Part shown: positions 62,268 to 64,000 of the stretch, piece after piece
Position numbering within the stretch: position 1 is the first letter of the stretch
Layout: each line of letters starts with the position of its first letter
NCBI GenBank assembly: GCA_963811165.1
Contig: CAWEQH010000004.1
Location: 128,001 to 192,000 of the forward strand
DNA from: an uncultured Nitrospiraceae bacterium
Lineage (GTDB): Bacteria > Nitrospirota > Thermodesulfovibrionia > Thermodesulfovibrionales > UBA6898
Length of the DNA: 64,000 bases
Reading direction: 5' to 3'
The notes under the pieces: model-generated
Database searches by the model: none
Told to the model about the DNA's origin: nothing
Seen by the model: only the letters and a program-made list of their open reading frames with translations
Translations under genes and position numbers: made by a program

Positions 62268-62297
62268 TTGACACTCTTAGATTTTTCCTGATATACT
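62268..62297 (+). promoter_or_regulatory. Sigma70 promoter of glgC
   Basis: TTGACA-18 nt-TATACT with TGn extension. Confidence 0.6.
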
Positions 62298-62385
62298 CGA
62301 CTATAAAAAAGATTGGTCCGGCAACTAACCGGGATGAATATTTACAGAATACTGCTGTCCCCATTTAAGGTGAGCGGAGCACCTG

Positions 62386-63636
62386 ATGATTGAAAGAATG
62401 AGAAGGGAAAAGGCGATGGACAATGTGTTGGCCCTTATCCTTGCGGGCGGCAAGGGAGAAAGGCTGCACCCGCTTACGATCCACAGGGCGAAGCCTGCGG
62501 TGCCTTTCGGCGGCAAGTTCAGGATTATCGATTTTACCCTCAGCAACTGCATTAATTCCCATGTCCGAAGGATCGTAGTCATTACGCAGTATAAGTCCCT
62601 CTCCCTTGACAGGCACCTTGCGTTGGGATGGGAGCACCTTCTGAACCCGGAACTGGGCGAATATATATTCACTATCCCGCCCCAGCAGAGGATCGACGAA
62701 CGGTGGTATGAGGGCACCGCCGATGCGGTCTTCCAAAACATATATCTCATAGAAAAAGAAAACCCCCCGTATATCCTTATACTTTCGGGCGACCATATCT
62801 ATAAAATGAACTATGCCGAGATGTTCGACTTCCATCTCATGAGGGAAGCTACGGGGACTGTGGCCACAATAAAGGTACCCCAAAAAATAGCCTCTTCTTT
62901 GGGCATAGTTGAAGTGGACAGCGATTTCAGGATCATCGGGTTCAAGGAAAAGCCGGCGGACCCTGTTACCATACCCGGTGACCCCGAGCATTGTTTTGCC
63001 TCGATGGGGATATATCTTTTCAATAAGGAAGATATCATACACGAACTGAGGGCCGACTCCGGAAAATCGTCAGCCCATGATTTCGGCAAGAACATCCTGC
63101 CCGAAATGCTTCATACCGGAAAACTCTTCGCCTATGAGTTCAAGGACGAGAACAAAAAGGAGGCGAAATACTGGCGCGACGTCGGGACGATAGACTCGTA
63201 TTGGGAGGCGAATATGGACCTCGTCGCGGTCGATCCCCAGTTTAACCTTTATGACGGTGGATGGCCGCTCAGGACGAACCAGGGACAGCATCCGCCCGCT
63301 AAATTCGTCTTTGCCCAGGAATATAAAGGCGGCAGGTTAGGGATAGCACTGGATTCGATAGTCTGCGGAGGCTGCATCATAAGCGGCGGCAGGGTGCAAA
63401 ATTCAGTCCTCTCTCCCAGTGTCAGGATCAACAGCTATGCAGATGTCAGGGAGTCCATTCTGATGGAAAATGTGCAGATAGGGAGGAACTGTAAGATTAG
63501 ACGGGCCATTATCGACAAGGACGTGTATGTCCCGGCCGGTACCACGATAGGGTACGACCTCGAGGCCGACAGGGAGCGGTTTTTCGTAAGCGAAGGGGGA
63601 GTAGTCGTGATACCAAAAGGGGCTGAAATACGATGA
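62386..63636 (+). CDS. glgC: Glucose-1-phosphate adenylyltransferase (start may be 62416)
   Basis: LAGGKGERL, RAKPAVPFGG, GTADAV, GDHIY, DFGKN and YWRDVGT motifs. Confidence 0.96.
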   Translation: MIERMRREKAMDNVLALILAGGKGERLHPLTIHRAKPAVPFGGKFRIIDFTLSNCINSHVRRIVVITQYKSLSLDRHLALGWEHLLNPELGEYIFTIPPQQRIDERWYEGTADAVFQNIYLIEKENPPYILILSGDHIYKMNYAEMFDFHLMREATGTVATIKVPQKIASSLGIVEVDSDFRIIGFKEKPADPVTIPGDPEHCFASMGIYLFNKEDIIHELRADSGKSSAHDFGKNILPEMLHTGKLFAYEFKDENKKEAKYWRDVGTIDSYWEANMDLVAVDPQFNLYDGGWPLRTNQGQHPPAKFVFAQEYKGGRLGIALDSIVCGGCIISGGRVQNSVLSPSVRINSYADVRESILMENVQIGRNCKIRRAIIDKDVYVPAGTTIGYDLEADRERFFVSEGGVVVIPKGAEIR

Positions 63637-64000
63637 GCCTTGCCGGCAGGCTTGAAGACCTCGCTATTTCGGACATCTTTCAGATACTCAGTGTGGGCAG
63701 AAAGACCGGCACTTTCATTGTAAGCGGGTCAAGAGGGGTCGCAATGATCGTCTTTAAAAACGGGATGGTCGTAAGGGCTGAGACGGACGACCTGGAAGGC
63801 TCTCTCGGGCAAAACCTGCTTGATGCCGGCCTCGTGAAAAATACGATACTGAATATGGCGTATGAGGTAAAAAAAAAGTTGCCCGGCAAATCCGTGGCCG
63901 AAGTCCTTTTTGAGTTGGGCTCGGTGACACAGGAGACGCTGGAAAAAGCTACCAGAAAGCGGATCGAAAAAGTCATTTACCGTCTGCTTATGTGGGAAGA
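63633..64000 (+). CDS. DUF4388 domain protein with MshEN-like motifs (partial, runs off window)
   Basis: MSLAGRLEDLAISDIFQILSVGRKTG...FKNG...SLGQNLLDAGLV; overlaps the glgC stop (ATGA). Confidence 0.8.
   Translation, partial: MSLAGRLEDLAISDIFQILSVGRKTGTFIVSGSRGVAMIVFKNGMVVRAETDDLEGSLGQNLLDAGLVKNTILNMAYEVKKKLPGKSVAEVLFELGSVTQETLEKATRKRIEKVIYRLLMWE

Noticed and set aside
1..64000. CRISPR array or cas genes
   Set aside because: No regularly spaced repeats or Cas motifs seen

Overview
Bacterial chromosomal window of about 50-55% GC by eye. The gene content is consistent with an anaerobic Nitrospirota or deltaproteobacteria-like organism (inference only). Roughly 1-16 kb is accessory DNA next to a tRNA-Lys/tRNA-Glu pair. 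It contains a degenerate copy of the tRNA-Glu 3' end at ~2.1 kb, a frameshifted cyclic beta-1,2-glucan synthase, lower-GC small genes, a tyrosine-integrase remnant, and intact and decayed toxin-antitoxin modules. The rest is mostly housekeeping (aconitase, lysA-dapF-dapA, bioD, nadE, rsmI, nfo, lpxC, tldD, MTAP, NtrC-type regulator, yebC, glmU, glmS, pcrA, gatC, panD, hisH, Pat acetyltransferase, glgC). Highlights: (1) a probable selenoprotein missed by the ORF track at 61-285, with an in-frame UGA at a Cys position and a SECIS-like hairpin; (2) a cluster of ALDH, class III aminotransferase, arginine synthetase (ArcE)-like P-loop protein and carbamate kinase that suggests ATP-conserving Arg-to-Glu catabolism; (3) a Crp/Fnr-regulated module of small metal-binding proteins; (4) a 27-aa histone H1-like microprotein; (5) a sigma54 promoter at lpxC; (6) several orphan structured RNA candidates.
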